From positions 16 to 64,015 of the forward strand of contig CATLPG010000011.1 in NCBI GenBank assembly GCA_950054195.1: a stretch of 64,000 nt of DNA. The letters run 5' to 3'. The position numbers and the translations under genes were made by a program. Shown here in pieces: positions 10,278-20,101 of the stretch; position 1 is the first letter of the stretch, and each line of letters begins with the position of its first letter. Under the pieces are notes generated by a model. That model saw nothing but the letters and a program-made list of their open reading frames with translations. It was not told the DNA's origin and made no database searches. This DNA is from an uncultured Saccharospirillaceae bacterium. Lineage in GTDB: Bacteria; Bacteroidota; Bacteroidia; Flavobacteriales_D; CAJJDF01.

Positions 10278-11240
10278 TTACTTGATGCTTTTGTTTATTA
10301 AGCCTCTTCCAGCTTTATTGATTCTTCCTGATTGTTTTAATTCGTTAAATACTTTGTCCAATAATCCGTTGATGAACTGTTTACTTTTAGGAGTACTATA
10401 AAACTTTGATATTTCAATGTACTCGTTAAGTGTAACTTTAATTGGGATTGAAGGGAAGTCAAGAGCTTCTGTGATTGCCATTTGCATCAAAATTAAATCT
10501 GATTTTGCAAAACGGTCCAAGTCCCAATTTTCGGCTTGTGTATGAATCAATTTGGAACATTCTTCTTCATTTGCTAAGGTTCTCCTAAATAACTTTTTAG
10601 CAAAAGCTAAATCTTCTTCTCCTTTATATAAAGGGCGAAGTTTATAATGGGAATCAGTATCTGCTCCAATACCATCAATAGTAGAGGATATAGAAGAAAG
10701 TATGGTTTCTAAATCATCATTCCAATAGATACTTTTGTCCTCTAAAATGTCATAGAGTAATTCGTTTAAAGCAATATGATTTTTAAATATCCAAATTAAA
10801 AACTGTTTGTCCTCGTGTAAGCTATCCATCCCACTATTCATATACTCACGATACTCATCCGAAGCTTTAACACCTTGCCAAATTTGTTTAATAATATTAA
10901 AATCAGCCTCAGTTTCCCACCTTATTTTTCTCTTCTTAATGAAGTTGTTTAATTCAAGATTTTCTTCAAGAACACCAAACACCTTGTTTTCTACAAACTT
11001 CATGTTTGGATTTAACTCATCTTCAGTAGGGAAGTTTTTATTTTTCGCATCTTCAATTTTTTGAAGAGCAAAATCTCTTATTTCCTTGAATATAGTTAGG
11101 TAAGTAAGATAAAGCTCATGCGTCTTATCTAAATTAAATACCAGTTCTTTTTCTCCAATATGAACTTCTGTTTTATGAGAAAAAATATAGGCATAAACAG
11201 TTTGAAAAACCTTAATTCGAATATGTCTTCTTGTTAGCAC
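10278..11240 (-). CDS. nusB: Transcription antitermination factor NusB (long Bacteroidota form)
   Basis: LTRRHIRIKV start; IPIKVTLNEYIEISKFYSTPKSKQFINGLLD. Confidence 0.95.
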   Translation of the reverse strand: MLTRRHIRIKVFQTVYAYIFSHKTEVHIGEKELVFNLDKTHELYLTYLTIFKEIRDFALQKIEDAKNKNFPTEDELNPNMKFVENKVFGVLEENLELNNFIKKRKIRWETEADFNIIKQIWQGVKASDEYREYMNSGMDSLHEDKQFLIWIFKNHIALNELLYDILEDKSIYWNDDLETILSSISSTIDGIGADTDSHYKLRPLYKGEEDLAFAKKLFRRTLANEEECSKLIHTQAENWDLDRFAKSDLILMQMAITEALDFPSIPIKVTLNEYIEISKFYSTPKSKQFINGLLDKVFNELKQSGRINKAGRGLINKSIK

Positions 11241-12331
11241 TAATAAGAAAGTTTAATTTTCCCGATTTGTTCAATACGTTCTTCAGCAAGTTTATTTGCA
11301 GCCAAATAGGTAGGAACACTGTCCTTTTCAGCCTTATCGAATATATTTAATGTAGTATCATAGATGTTTTCGGTTAATCCCATCACATGATTTTTATCGT
11401 AACCAATTAATTCTGAGTAACAATTAATAACTCCACCTGCATTAATCAAATAATCAGGAGCATAAATAATGTCACGGTCAATTAAATCTTGACCATGTTT
11501 TGATTCAATTTTTAATTGGTTGTTAGCTGCTCCAGCAATAATTTTGCATTTTAATCGATCAATCGTGTCATCATTAATCGTAGCTCCCAAAGCACAAGGC
11601 GAATAGATATCTACATCTAAGTCATAGATTTCATCAATTCCAACAATGTCTACTGGATACTCTTTTGAAATTCGTTCTAGCGTAGGCTCATATATGTCGG
11701 TTACATACACATTTGCACCTTCGTTAACTAAATGCTGAATAAGATATTCTCCAACATGTCCAGCTCCTTGAACGGCAACCTTTCTTTTTCCTAATGAATC
11801 GCTCCCGTATGCTTTTTTAGCAGCTGCTTTCATCCCCATGTAAACACCATAAGCGGTTAGGGGAGAAGGGTCACCACTAGTTCCAGGTAATCCAGTAACG
11901 TGTTTGGTTTCTAAACCAACCCAGGTCATTTCTTTTGGAGATACACCAACATCTTCTGCAGTAATGTATTTTCCATTTAGACTATTTACAAATTTCCCAA
12001 ACCTTCTAAAGAGGGCTTCTGATTTATCTTTTCTGGAATCTCCAATAATAACAGCTTTACCGCCTCCTAAGTTTAATCCAGAAATAGAAGACTTGTATGT
12101 CATTCCTCTTGATAAACGTAAAACATCAGTAAGTGCTTCTTCTTCAGAGTTGTAATTCCACATTCTTGTACCTCCTAAACTAGGGCCAAGAACTGTGTTG
12201 TGAATAGCTATTATAGCTTTTAAACCAGTCGATTTGTCATTACAAAAAACAACTTGCTCGTGCCCCATCTCTTCCATTTTAGAAAGCAAAAATCCATGTT
12301 TTTGGGCTTTTTCTTCAACTATATTTTCCAT
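11240..12331 (-). CDS. Glu/Leu/Phe/Val dehydrogenase (leucine dehydrogenase-like)
   Basis: LGGTR, RGMTYK, GGGKAVI, TAEDVG, QGAGHVG, GAANNQL, NAGGVI. Confidence 0.93.
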   Translation of the reverse strand: MENIVEEKAQKHGFLLSKMEEMGHEQVVFCNDKSTGLKAIIAIHNTVLGPSLGGTRMWNYNSEEEALTDVLRLSRGMTYKSSISGLNLGGGKAVIIGDSRKDKSEALFRRFGKFVNSLNGKYITAEDVGVSPKEMTWVGLETKHVTGLPGTSGDPSPLTAYGVYMGMKAAAKKAYGSDSLGKRKVAVQGAGHVGEYLIQHLVNEGANVYVTDIYEPTLERISKEYPVDIVGIDEIYDLDVDIYSPCALGATINDDTIDRLKCKIIAGAANNQLKIESKHGQDLIDRDIIYAPDYLINAGGVINCYSELIGYDKNHVMGLTENIYDTTLNIFDKAEKDSVPTYLAANKLAEERIEQIGKIKLSY

Positions 12332-12489
12332 ATGGTAAGAACTAACTATGTCAAATTAGATAGCTAAAATACTATAATTATTATGGATTAAATTGATTTT
12401 GAAAGAATATTTAGTATTCGAATTATTACTAGGTTGGTATACTTCATTAATTGAATTGATTTAAAAGATATTAGTAAATGAAGGGCTCA

Positions 12490-13113
12490 TTAAAATTTAA
12501 ATAAATATCTCGTTACACCAATACGAAATGTTACACGATTAAACCAAATGCTGTAGTTAATATCATTTCCACCAACAACAGAAGTTTGTGATCCGTTTGT
12601 TTTTAGATTATATTGGTTCACTTCAAAAAAGTAATTCATTTTTCTACTTGTTTTAAGGGTTAAGCCTAAACCAGCTTCAAGCATATAGCTACTATTTATT
12701 TCATTGAGGTTTTCATTTACTGAGTTATTGTAAGAACCATATCCAGCTGCAACTTTTGCGTACGGCATCAACCAACCATTAACAAAAAAGTATTTACCAG
12801 ATAAGTAAACAGGAGTGCTTGTAACCATTACTGTTTCTTCAGAATTATTTATGGGAAGTAATAGCTGATTTCCGTGAGCACCTGTACCAATAGCAATTTC
12901 AAACCCTTTGGGAAAGCGATAACCTAATTCACCATTCAAACTTGCATGATTTTTTCTCCATCCATAAGAGCCTGTTACTATTAATCCTTGTTCAAAATTA
13001 TTGCTTCTTTGAAAGATAGGTCCTTTTGGTTCATAATCTAAGTCGTCTAGCTGGCTAACTAAATGAAAATTAATGAATAAAAGACATGCTGTAAGTATAG
13101 TAAAAGTTTTCAT
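12490..13113 (-). CDS. Outer-membrane beta-barrel protein (array paralog 3)
   Basis: Signal peptide from Met 13113 (ORF track 13128); PYAKVAAG, EAGLG, WFNRVTFRIG; C-terminal Phe. Confidence 0.7.
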   Translation of the reverse strand: MKTFTILTACLLFINFHLVSQLDDLDYEPKGPIFQRSNNFEQGLIVTGSYGWRKNHASLNGELGYRFPKGFEIAIGTGAHGNQLLLPINNSEETVMVTSTPVYLSGKYFFVNGWLMPYAKVAAGYGSYNNSVNENLNEINSSYMLEAGLGLTLKTSRKMNYFFEVNQYNLKTNGSQTSVVGGNDINYSIWFNRVTFRIGVTRYLFKF

Positions 13114-13137
13114 AGTATATGATTTCATAATAGAAAA

Positions 13138-13153
13138 TACAAATACTATGCCA
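13138..13153 (-). promoter_or_regulatory. Putative sigma54 -24/-12 promoter TGGCATAGTATTTGTA
   Basis: GG-N10-GT spacing, close to TGGCAC-N5-TTGCW, in a short intergenic gap. Confidence 0.55.
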
Positions 13154-13167
13154 TAGATGAATTAAGT

Positions 13168-13785
13168 TTAGTACAAGTAAATTGAAACACCTATTCGGTA
13201 TAATAAAAACTCACTATATGTGCGGTAAATAAACTCGTTGCCATTACTCAAGGTATGTCTTCCTCTTAGGCGCATTACATGTTGATTTGCTTCAAAGAAT
13301 ATTGAGAAAGTTTCTTTGGGTGTAATCATAATTCCTAATCCTACCTCAGCAAAATCAGAGCCGTTGGTGTTACTATCTAGATAGTTGTCATTAACTAAAG
13401 AGGAGAAACCAATACCAGCTCCTGCTCTTATATAGGGTGAAACCGGACCATCAAAAAAAGTATATTTTATTCCTGCGTTTAAATGGGCATTGAAAAAATG
13501 TGCATTCCTGTCTAAATTACTTAAAGGTATCTTGGTAATATTGTACATTAAACCAAAACCCATGTAGGGCTCTAATCCTTTATTGAACCTGTAAGATATT
13601 GTTGCCATATCCAGTTGAAAGTTACGCTTATTAAAGGCAAAAGAAGCATTGAAAATTGGTCCTGGAGTAAAGTTGTTTTTTGAAAATAGGCGTTTGCGAT
13701 CTTTAAACTCTAAATCTGGTAAATCTTGGGCAATAGAATAAAGACTAAAAAAGGAGAAATAAAGTAAAAAATAACGCTTTAGCAT
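13168..13785 (-). CDS. Outer-membrane beta-barrel protein (array paralog 2)
   Basis: Signal peptide from Met 13785 (ORF track 13791); PYIRAGAG, EVGLG, FFEANQ; ends YRIGVSIYLY. Confidence 0.7.
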   Translation of the reverse strand: MLKRYFLLYFSFFSLYSIAQDLPDLEFKDRKRLFSKNNFTPGPIFNASFAFNKRNFQLDMATISYRFNKGLEPYMGFGLMYNITKIPLSNLDRNAHFFNAHLNAGIKYTFFDGPVSPYIRAGAGIGFSSLVNDNYLDSNTNGSDFAEVGLGIMITPKETFSIFFEANQHVMRLRGRHTLSNGNEFIYRTYSEFLLYRIGVSIYLY

Positions 13786-13808
13786 AGACAAGAAATTTGT
13801 TTATGTAA

Positions 13809-13824
13809 AGCAAATATCAAGCCA
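13809..13824 (-). promoter_or_regulatory. Putative sigma54 -24/-12 promoter TGGCTTGATATTTGCT
   Basis: Exact GG-N10-GC spacing with TTGCT -12 box, in a short intergenic gap. Confidence 0.6.
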
Positions 13825-13827
13825 GAT

Positions 13828-14595
13828 TTACTTGCCAAAAACAAAGCCAAACCTTAACATCAAACGGTTGAGCCAGATGTCAAATTCTGTTATAGGAGCT
13901 ACTCCTTGATTGGTATTTACATTGTCAGTAAAAGTGCCGTTAATCTTCATGTTATACTGCGTTAATTCTACATACCACTTTGTTCTACTTTTAGATGAAA
14001 ATGTGTAACCTAGTCCAAATTCAAGTACTGCGCTATTCTTAATAGTGGTATTCCCAGCAAAGTTTGGAATTGAGTTGCTTGCATGACCAACAGAAGCTTT
14101 CACGTAAGGTCTTCTTAACGATGTTTGAAGTGGATAATATTTTATTAAACCAGAAACGGTAAATGAACTAACGTCAAGCCACACCCAGTTTGTAATAGCA
14201 GAAAAATCTACGAAATTTAAATGTGATCCTATATTCATGCCATATTCTATGCCGTGAAAATTTGGGGTATAGGTCACAGAAAGATTGCTGCTAACATGAT
14301 TAATACCAGAAGTAGCTTCCAGTCCAAATAGAAAACCTTTTTTGTAATTAAACTTACCATTAGAAAAAAGATAGATTTCTTCTGGCAGATATGCTTTCAG
14401 TGCATCGTATTTACTAAAGCTTAATACAGTTTTATTATATAAAGTTAAATGGTAAGCTGTATCAGAAACAAATAATTGTCCTTTAACTGTATTGTCTCCT
14501 GGTAAATGGAATATAGCTCCATTAGGGATTTGACTAAAAGAAACAAATTTGGCTCCCATAAGGAGCCAAATAAGTAATATAAATTGTTTTTTCAA
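13828..14595 (-). CDS. Outer-membrane beta-barrel protein with small N-terminal domain (array paralog 1)
   Basis: Signal peptide; PYVKASVG, EFGLG, VELTQYN, WLNRLMLRFGFVFGK. Confidence 0.7.
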   Translation of the reverse strand: MKKQFILLIWLLMGAKFVSFSQIPNGAIFHLPGDNTVKGQLFVSDTAYHLTLYNKTVLSFSKYDALKAYLPEEIYLFSNGKFNYKKGFLFGLEATSGINHVSSNLSVTYTPNFHGIEYGMNIGSHLNFVDFSAITNWVWLDVSSFTVSGLIKYYPLQTSLRRPYVKASVGHASNSIPNFAGNTTIKNSAVLEFGLGYTFSSKSRTKWYVELTQYNMKINGTFTDNVNTNQGVAPITEFDIWLNRLMLRFGFVFGK

Positions 14596-14604
14596 GGCAA
14601 ATAG

Positions 14605-15870
14605 TTATGGTAAATCAACGTTACTTAACTCAACTAGTGTATTAGTGTTTGGGTTAAACTGATATTGCTTTAAACCTGAGTTACCAGTTACTAAAATTAC
14701 ATCATTTAGAGAAGGGTGCTTTAATACATCGTATGCCTTAATTGAAGTATAAGTTACCAGTTTTACAGGGTTTGATGCATTTGTTACATCTAGTATGCTA
14801 ATTCCATTATTTCCTTCACCAACAAATAAGTGATTATCTAACATGGTCATACCGTAAGGACTAGCCATTGTTACATCTCCAATTTTCGTTGGGTTATTTT
14901 TATTTGTAATATCTATTACCTCTAAAAGGTTTACAAATCCATTACACCCATCAGCCTGTACAGATCTTAAAGTTAAATAAGCAATGTTTCCATTAGGTAA
15001 TACAGGGTCACAAGAAACTTCGTGTGTATATCTACCGCTAACAGTAGGAGAACTTGGGTTACTATTATTAACTACAATCATAGAAGATTTCGTTCCAACA
15101 TATAAGTAGTCGCCTTCCTCGTAAATAGTTTCAATATCTGATCCAATTTCTTGCTCATTTACTTTAGACATGCTACCACCATTTTCTTGGAAAGTATATA
15201 GTTCTTCTCCACCAACAACATAAACATGAGAATTATCTAAAGCTATCTTGTTAATTGTTCCTTTTTCTTTTCTTCCACTACCAATGAATGATGAAGGAAC
15301 TTCGCTTACCGGTATTAATTTATCTTGATAATCATAGTACAGCTTATTGTTTTGTCTTAACATTTCCTCTTCTGGACTATTTAATTTAAACTCTTCAGTT
15401 ACTACCTCATAAGTGAATCCCATTAAAATTCTTCCTTGATTATCTTTAATAGGAGTTCCAAAAGCATTATCTAATCTAGATTCAACTACTGGATTTGCTA
15501 AATCAGAAATATTGATTTTAACTAAATCATAATGTGAAATTGCGTATATCTGATTTCCATGTACATAAAACTCATTAGTGTAAGGTAAGTCAATAAATGA
15601 AACATTTACAGGATTACTCGGATTTGAGTTGTCAAAAACGTGTATTCCTTTATTTGGTTCACCAATTAATAAAACTGCATTTCCAAAATAAATTTTACCA
15701 GCTTTCTGAATGTTTTTAGCTGGAGCAGCAACTGCAGTATTTCTTACTTCATTAATATCTGCATATTGGGCCGTAGCTTTATTGTAGGTATGCGTTATAG
15801 TACCACTGTTTTTATTACAAGATGCTAATAAAATAGCGGCTGATGCGAGGTAGATAAAGTTCTTCTTCAT
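14605..15870 (-). CDS. LVIVD-repeat beta-propeller lipoprotein
   Basis: Lipobox LLASC; repeats GIHVFDNSNPSNP, LVKINISDLANP, LEVIDITNKNNP, ISILDVTNASNP; IET and SCDPV motifs. Confidence 0.8.
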   Translation of the reverse strand: MKKNFIYLASAAILLASCNKNSGTITHTYNKATAQYADINEVRNTAVAAPAKNIQKAGKIYFGNAVLLIGEPNKGIHVFDNSNPSNPVNVSFIDLPYTNEFYVHGNQIYAISHYDLVKINISDLANPVVESRLDNAFGTPIKDNQGRILMGFTYEVVTEEFKLNSPEEEMLRQNNKLYYDYQDKLIPVSEVPSSFIGSGRKEKGTINKIALDNSHVYVVGGEELYTFQENGGSMSKVNEQEIGSDIETIYEEGDYLYVGTKSSMIVVNNSNPSSPTVSGRYTHEVSCDPVLPNGNIAYLTLRSVQADGCNGFVNLLEVIDITNKNNPTKIGDVTMASPYGMTMLDNHLFVGEGNNGISILDVTNASNPVKLVTYTSIKAYDVLKHPSLNDVILVTGNSGLKQYQFNPNTNTLVELSNVDLP

Positions 15871-15906
15871 TTTTTTTAAAATTTAATTCTTTGATACAGT
15901 TTGTAA

Positions 15907-15922
15907 AACAACTACCATGCCA
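15907..15922 (-). promoter_or_regulatory. Putative sigma54 -24/-12 promoter TGGCATGGTAGTTGTT
   Basis: GG-N10-GT spacing about 37 nt upstream of the LVIVD gene start. Confidence 0.5.
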
Positions 15923-16054
15923 AAGTCTAGTTTTTTGAATGTTTTTTTAACAGATAATTAACTAACGTAAATCATTATTAAAAAGTATTCTATTCATATA
16001 CAATTTACTAAAAAAACATTAGCTATTTGATTTTTAGTAAGAAGAATTAAGATC

Positions 16055-16819
16055 TTATATTTCTGAAATGTCCTCTTGTTTAATCCAACCTTCGGAGGAT
16101 CCAAAACGAATATTTATCCAGCCATCTTTTTCTCCAAGTAAAACAACTTTGCTGCCAGCGTGTAATACTCTAATGCTTTCTGAGCTATAGTCGGCAGAAG
16201 ATTTAATTGTACTTGCTGTTACCATAACAATTCCAGAAAAGCTATTTTTAGATATATAGTATTTGATGCTAGCTAAACCTGTAAAAACAAGAAATAAACT
16301 TAAAAATATAAATGCTTTAGCATTAGCCAATTTGTATAAAAACATGTTAGTAATTAAGGGTTTAACCACACGAGCAATAACAAAAAATAATAAACTTAAA
16401 ACTCCTAATATTGCCCAGAAGTCAAAGGTGTAGCCCACAAAAGATGATATCCAGTTAAAAAAGCCAGCTCTAGTTTTTTCGGGTTTGTCGGTAATACGCT
16501 CTTGCGCTAGTTGGATATTATTATTTATTTTTTCTGATAGGGGAGAAGCTACTTTTTTTGCTTTTTCATAATAAAGTATAGCACGTGCATAATCATGAAG
16601 TTGAAAAGCAGTATTACCAGCATTATAATAAATCTCTTTTGAATCATATCCCTGCTCTAATAGCGTTTTAAAAAGCTCGTCTGCTTGTCGATAATTGGTA
16701 GAATCGTAAGCATTAATCGCTTCGTTAAAAGTGTTTTCTGGGCTAAACGTTTGACCAAAAACATTAAGCGATAAAATAAGAATAAATGATATGTTTAGTA
16801 ATATGTTCATTTTAAGCAC
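16055..16819 (-). CDS. batE: BatE-like TPR + TM + SH3 protein
   Basis: TPR (YYNAGN...AILYYEKA), two TM helices, SH3-like LHAGSKV...GWI; follows batD. Confidence 0.85.
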   Translation of the reverse strand: MLKMNILLNISFILILSLNVFGQTFSPENTFNEAINAYDSTNYRQADELFKTLLEQGYDSKEIYYNAGNTAFQLHDYARAILYYEKAKKVASPLSEKINNNIQLAQERITDKPEKTRAGFFNWISSFVGYTFDFWAILGVLSLLFFVIARVVKPLITNMFLYKLANAKAFIFLSLFLVFTGLASIKYYISKNSFSGIVMVTASTIKSSADYSSESIRVLHAGSKVVLLGEKDGWINIRFGSSEGWIKQEDISEI

Positions 16820-18611
16820 TAATTTCCTGATCTATTCTTTCGATTGTTTGAATGCATTTATCATAAGTATTTTCACTAGCGTCAACAGAAAATGGTGCGA
16901 ATTGAGCCATTTCACAGTTTTCTATCAAGGCAATAAGTTCTTTTGCAGAAGATTTGTTAACACGCTTTGCAATTAGCTGGTTTTGTATAGCTTGTTTAGA
17001 TAGTTCAGCAGTTTGAATGCCTATCTTATTTTCAAGATACTTATAGATGCAGTTCAAGGTAATGCTGTAAAATTTATCTGTTTGATTTTGATCTAAAGCT
17101 GTTTTAGCTTGTTCAAATTGTTGTAAAGCAACTTTTTTTGCTCTTTTTTTTCTGTTTTCTTCTGTGTCAGCAGTTGCGTTAGAAATTTTTGTTCGTACAA
17201 ACACAAAGGCAAACATTCCTAGAATTATTCCTCCAATAGATACATAGTAAAGTGGCGATAAGAAAAAAGCTTTCTTTTTATTATCAAAGGTTGTTGATGT
17301 TTCAAGATTAGCTAATGATAAACGACTTTCATTCTTTTCAGAGCTTATTATATTTTGATTATTATCTTCATCAATTGAACCATCTTGTTTTAATACAGTT
17401 ATTACAAAACGATCAGTGCTTAATGTTATATATTCTTTTTTATTTGGGTTAAAGTAAGTGAATTCGATTGGATCAATAACATATTTTCCAGAATGTCTAG
17501 GGATTAACAAATAAGAGGTGGTTTGACTACCAGATACTCCACCACCAGATACACTAATATTGTCTTTTATTTGAGGATCATAAGCTTCAAAATCTGAAGG
17601 AAATTGAACATCAAAACCACTCAGTTGCTTTAAATTACCACTTCCTTGAACAATTAGCTTTAAGTCTATCGATTCATCTACTTTAACAGTATCTTTTGAT
17701 AAATTACCCTTAAATATATATGAACCAACCTGATTATTGAATGAAGATGGAGCAGGTTGAGGTAATTCTTTTACTTGAATTGTCCCTCCATTACTAGTGA
17801 TTTCTTTTTTTACTCCAGGACTAAAGAATGATCGGTTAATGATGCCTGTTACACTAAATGGCTTAATTGTTAAAGCTCCAGATTTTTGAGGAAATAACAC
17901 TTCTTTTTTTAGCGTGTACACTTGGTATTGTTTACCATCCAAAATCTCAGTTTTAGGTACTAGTTGCTGTGGAAGTTCAATATTCTCTGCCCAAAAGTTT
18001 TCCTGTGTAGGAAAGTCATAATCATTTAATGAATTGATAGGTAGATTTCTAGAGTATATTTTATAAGAAGCTACTATTTGTTCTCCTGGATAAACATTTT
18101 GTTTAGAGAATGTGATTTTAGCAAAAAAGTCTTCATCGGTAATTTGTTGAGGTTGCTGTCTTGTATTGCCAAAAAAATCATCGAAATCATCGAAAGGACT
18201 TCTTCTTCGCTGTTTTTGTTTAATTAATTTACCTTGAACAACAGTTAGTTGAACCGATTTAGATTCGTAAGTAGCATTTCCGATTTTAAGTTTTGCTCCC
18301 GGAATTAAAAAAGTACCAGTTTGTTTTGGCTGGAGAGTATAAGTAAATGACTTTTCCATGCTCTGAGTCATTTTACCATTAACTATGTTTATGCTTGAGC
18401 TAGAGCTTTGAAATGGACCACTAACAACATTAAAATCTTTAAACGTTGGCTGTATGAAACTACCATCCTTATTGGTTGAGTAAGTAACATTAAATACATC
18501 TTCAATACCAATTTTTGAGTAACTCACCTTAGTGTTAAAGTCTACTTGAGCATAAAAACTTACACTCACGATGCAAAGTAAAAAGTACAATATGTATTTA
18601 TTCAAAATCAC
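16812..18611 (-). CDS. batD: BatD oxygen-tolerance family protein
   Basis: SGPFQSSSSSINIVNG, LFPQKSG, GSGNLK, YLLIPR, YFNP; C-terminal TM and CEMAQFAP. Confidence 0.9.
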   Translation of the reverse strand: MILNKYILYFLLCIVSVSFYAQVDFNTKVSYSKIGIEDVFNVTYSTNKDGSFIQPTFKDFNVVSGPFQSSSSSINIVNGKMTQSMEKSFTYTLQPKQTGTFLIPGAKLKIGNATYESKSVQLTVVQGKLIKQKQRRRSPFDDFDDFFGNTRQQPQQITDEDFFAKITFSKQNVYPGEQIVASYKIYSRNLPINSLNDYDFPTQENFWAENIELPQQLVPKTEILDGKQYQVYTLKKEVLFPQKSGALTIKPFSVTGIINRSFFSPGVKKEITSNGGTIQVKELPQPAPSSFNNQVGSYIFKGNLSKDTVKVDESIDLKLIVQGSGNLKQLSGFDVQFPSDFEAYDPQIKDNISVSGGGVSGSQTTSYLLIPRHSGKYVIDPIEFTYFNPNKKEYITLSTDRFVITVLKQDGSIDEDNNQNIISSEKNESRLSLANLETSTTFDNKKKAFFLSPLYYVSIGGIILGMFAFVFVRTKISNATADTEENRKKRAKKVALQQFEQAKTALDQNQTDKFYSITLNCIYKYLENKIGIQTAELSKQAIQNQLIAKRVNKSSAKELIALIENCEMAQFAPFSVDASENTYDKCIQTIERIDQEISA

Positions 18612-18631
18612 TCGTATGCATTTGTTTTAAC

Positions 18632-18663
18632 CAAAAGTATTGGCTTCTATTTTTACTTGCAAA
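18632..18663 (-). promoter_or_regulatory. Bacteroidota primary-sigma promoter for batD-batE (TTTG-N20-TACTTTTG)
   Basis: Matches the -33 TTTG / -7 TAnnTTTG consensus with 20-nt spacer. Confidence 0.65.
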
Positions 18664-18688
18664 AAAGAGGGGGCGTTTTTAACAAAAT

Positions 18689-19402
18689 TTAATTTTTCCG
18701 TTTAGGCTCTGCAAAGAAGTAATAATCACTATTTTCTTCATAAACCTTAATAAAGTCACCTTTGCTTAATGCATTTTTCTTTTTTAACCAATTATCTAGA
18801 AGGTATAAATTATATTGAGAAGACTCGAAAAAATCATAAACATCAGTAGGTGAAGTATTATAATATTCACTAGCACCTAAGCCACATTCAAATAAAATTG
18901 AGGGAGTATATTTTTCGATGGTTTTTTTAGCACCCTCTAAAACTTTCAGTTCAGCACCTTCAACATCAATTTTAATAAAAGATACTGGAGATGTTATTAT
19001 ATTATCCAAGCGTTCTACGCTAACATTAATTTCTTCTATTTCAGGGTTTTTAGTGGCATATTTCCTGTTTTTTAAACCACTGTAGGCAGGAGCATTTTTA
19101 ACATATTGGAAACTAGTTGATCCCGTTTCGTTTGAAAGGGCATAATTAAGGATGTGATGATATGAATATTTGTTTTTTAGGCACTGGTAAAATGATGGAA
19201 TTGGTTCAAAACCGTAATGCTTTTCAGAAGATTCACTAATAAATAAGTCTAAAATTTCGCCTTTATGACACCCTACATCAACACAAACATCTCCCTCCTT
19301 AACCGATGTTTTTATCACTTCTCGAGTTAATCGATCATACTTGATGTTTTTTGTTACATCAAGTTTCAGGTTAATAAAGATATTTCTTAAAACTTCTTTC
19401 AT
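18689..19402 (-). CDS. FkbM-family SAM-dependent methyltransferase
   Basis: VDVGCHKG, GFEP, FIKIDVEGAE. Confidence 0.9.
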   Translation of the reverse strand: MKEVLRNIFINLKLDVTKNIKYDRLTREVIKTSVKEGDVCVDVGCHKGEILDLFISESSEKHYGFEPIPSFYQCLKNKYSYHHILNYALSNETGSTSFQYVKNAPAYSGLKNRKYATKNPEIEEINVSVERLDNIITSPVSFIKIDVEGAELKVLEGAKKTIEKYTPSILFECGLGASEYYNTSPTDVYDFFESSQYNLYLLDNWLKKKNALSKGDFIKVYEENSDYYFFAEPKRKN

Positions 19403-19412
19403 CTAAGGGCTA

Positions 19413-19420
19413 CAAAGTTA
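19413..19420 (-). promoter_or_regulatory. -7 promoter element TAACTTTG for the FkbM gene
   Basis: Matches TAnnTTTG, 11 nt upstream of ATG; CTTG 19 nt further upstream. Confidence 0.55.
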
Positions 19421-19491
19421 ATTTTATTCGTAAATCTATCAAGTAAAACTGTAGGGCAACTTTGCATTAAAACAAAAAAATGAAATTTTTA

Positions 19492-19520
19492 AAATCCGAA
19501 GTTTGGTTTATAGCGTTTAT
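19492..19520 (+). promoter_or_regulatory. Putative autoregulatory ECF promoter AAATCC-N16-CGTTTAT
   Basis: ATCC/CG elements resemble SigK-type ECF promoters; directly upstream of the ECF sigma gene. Confidence 0.45.
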
Positions 19521-19562
19521 ATCATGAAGCAAAAAATATATTTGTTATCTTCGCTTCCGGAA

Positions 19563-20093
19563 GTGAAAAAACAACAAGCAGACATATTAAAGCTGGTATC
19601 CTTGTTAAAGCAAGGCAACCAAAAGGCTGTATCTAAACTTTATGATGCTTACAGTGAAGCTCTTTATGGGGTGATCTATAAGATAGTAGGCAGAGAAGAT
19701 GTGGCACAGGATATTCTGCAAGATACTTTCGTTACCATCTGGAAGAAAATTAAAGCTTACGATGAAACAAAAGGTAGTTTTTTTACGTGGATGATGAATA
19801 TTGCTCGTAATAAATCAATTGATCAAATTAGAAAGAATAAACGAATTAATGATGGTCAAGATAGATTTAAAAATGAGTTGAAGAATGGAAGTGGAGAAAG
19901 TAGTATTAATATTAATACCATTGGGTTAAAAGAGTTAACCAAGGAAATTGATAAAGACCGATTAGATATATTAGAGTTGGTTTATTTTAAAGGTTATACG
20001 CAAAAAGAAGTTTCCGAAGAGTTAGAAATACCTCTAGGAACTGTTAAGACACGTGTAAGATTAGGGTTGAAGGAATTAAGAAAGTTTTTTTAG
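19563..20093 (+). CDS. ECF sigma factor (SigK-like)
   Basis: Region 2 AQDILQDTF...FFTWMMNIARNKSID, region 4 YFKGYTQKEVSEELEIPLGTVKTR; start uncertain (GTG 19563, ATG 19524 or ORF-track 19503). Confidence 0.92.
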   Translation: MKKQQADILKLVSLLKQGNQKAVSKLYDAYSEALYGVIYKIVGREDVAQDILQDTFVTIWKKIKAYDETKGSFFTWMMNIARNKSIDQIRKNKRINDGQDRFKNELKNGSGESSININTIGLKELTKEIDKDRLDILELVYFKGYTQKEVSEELEIPLGTVKTRVRLGLKELRKFF

Positions 20094-20101
20094 TTTAATT
20101 T

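Noticed and set aside
12391-12476. Imperfect direct repeat AATTGATTT...AAAG...ATA.TTAGTA
   Set aside because: Only two gapped copies in very AT-rich DNA; chance is plausible and it is not a CRISPR array.
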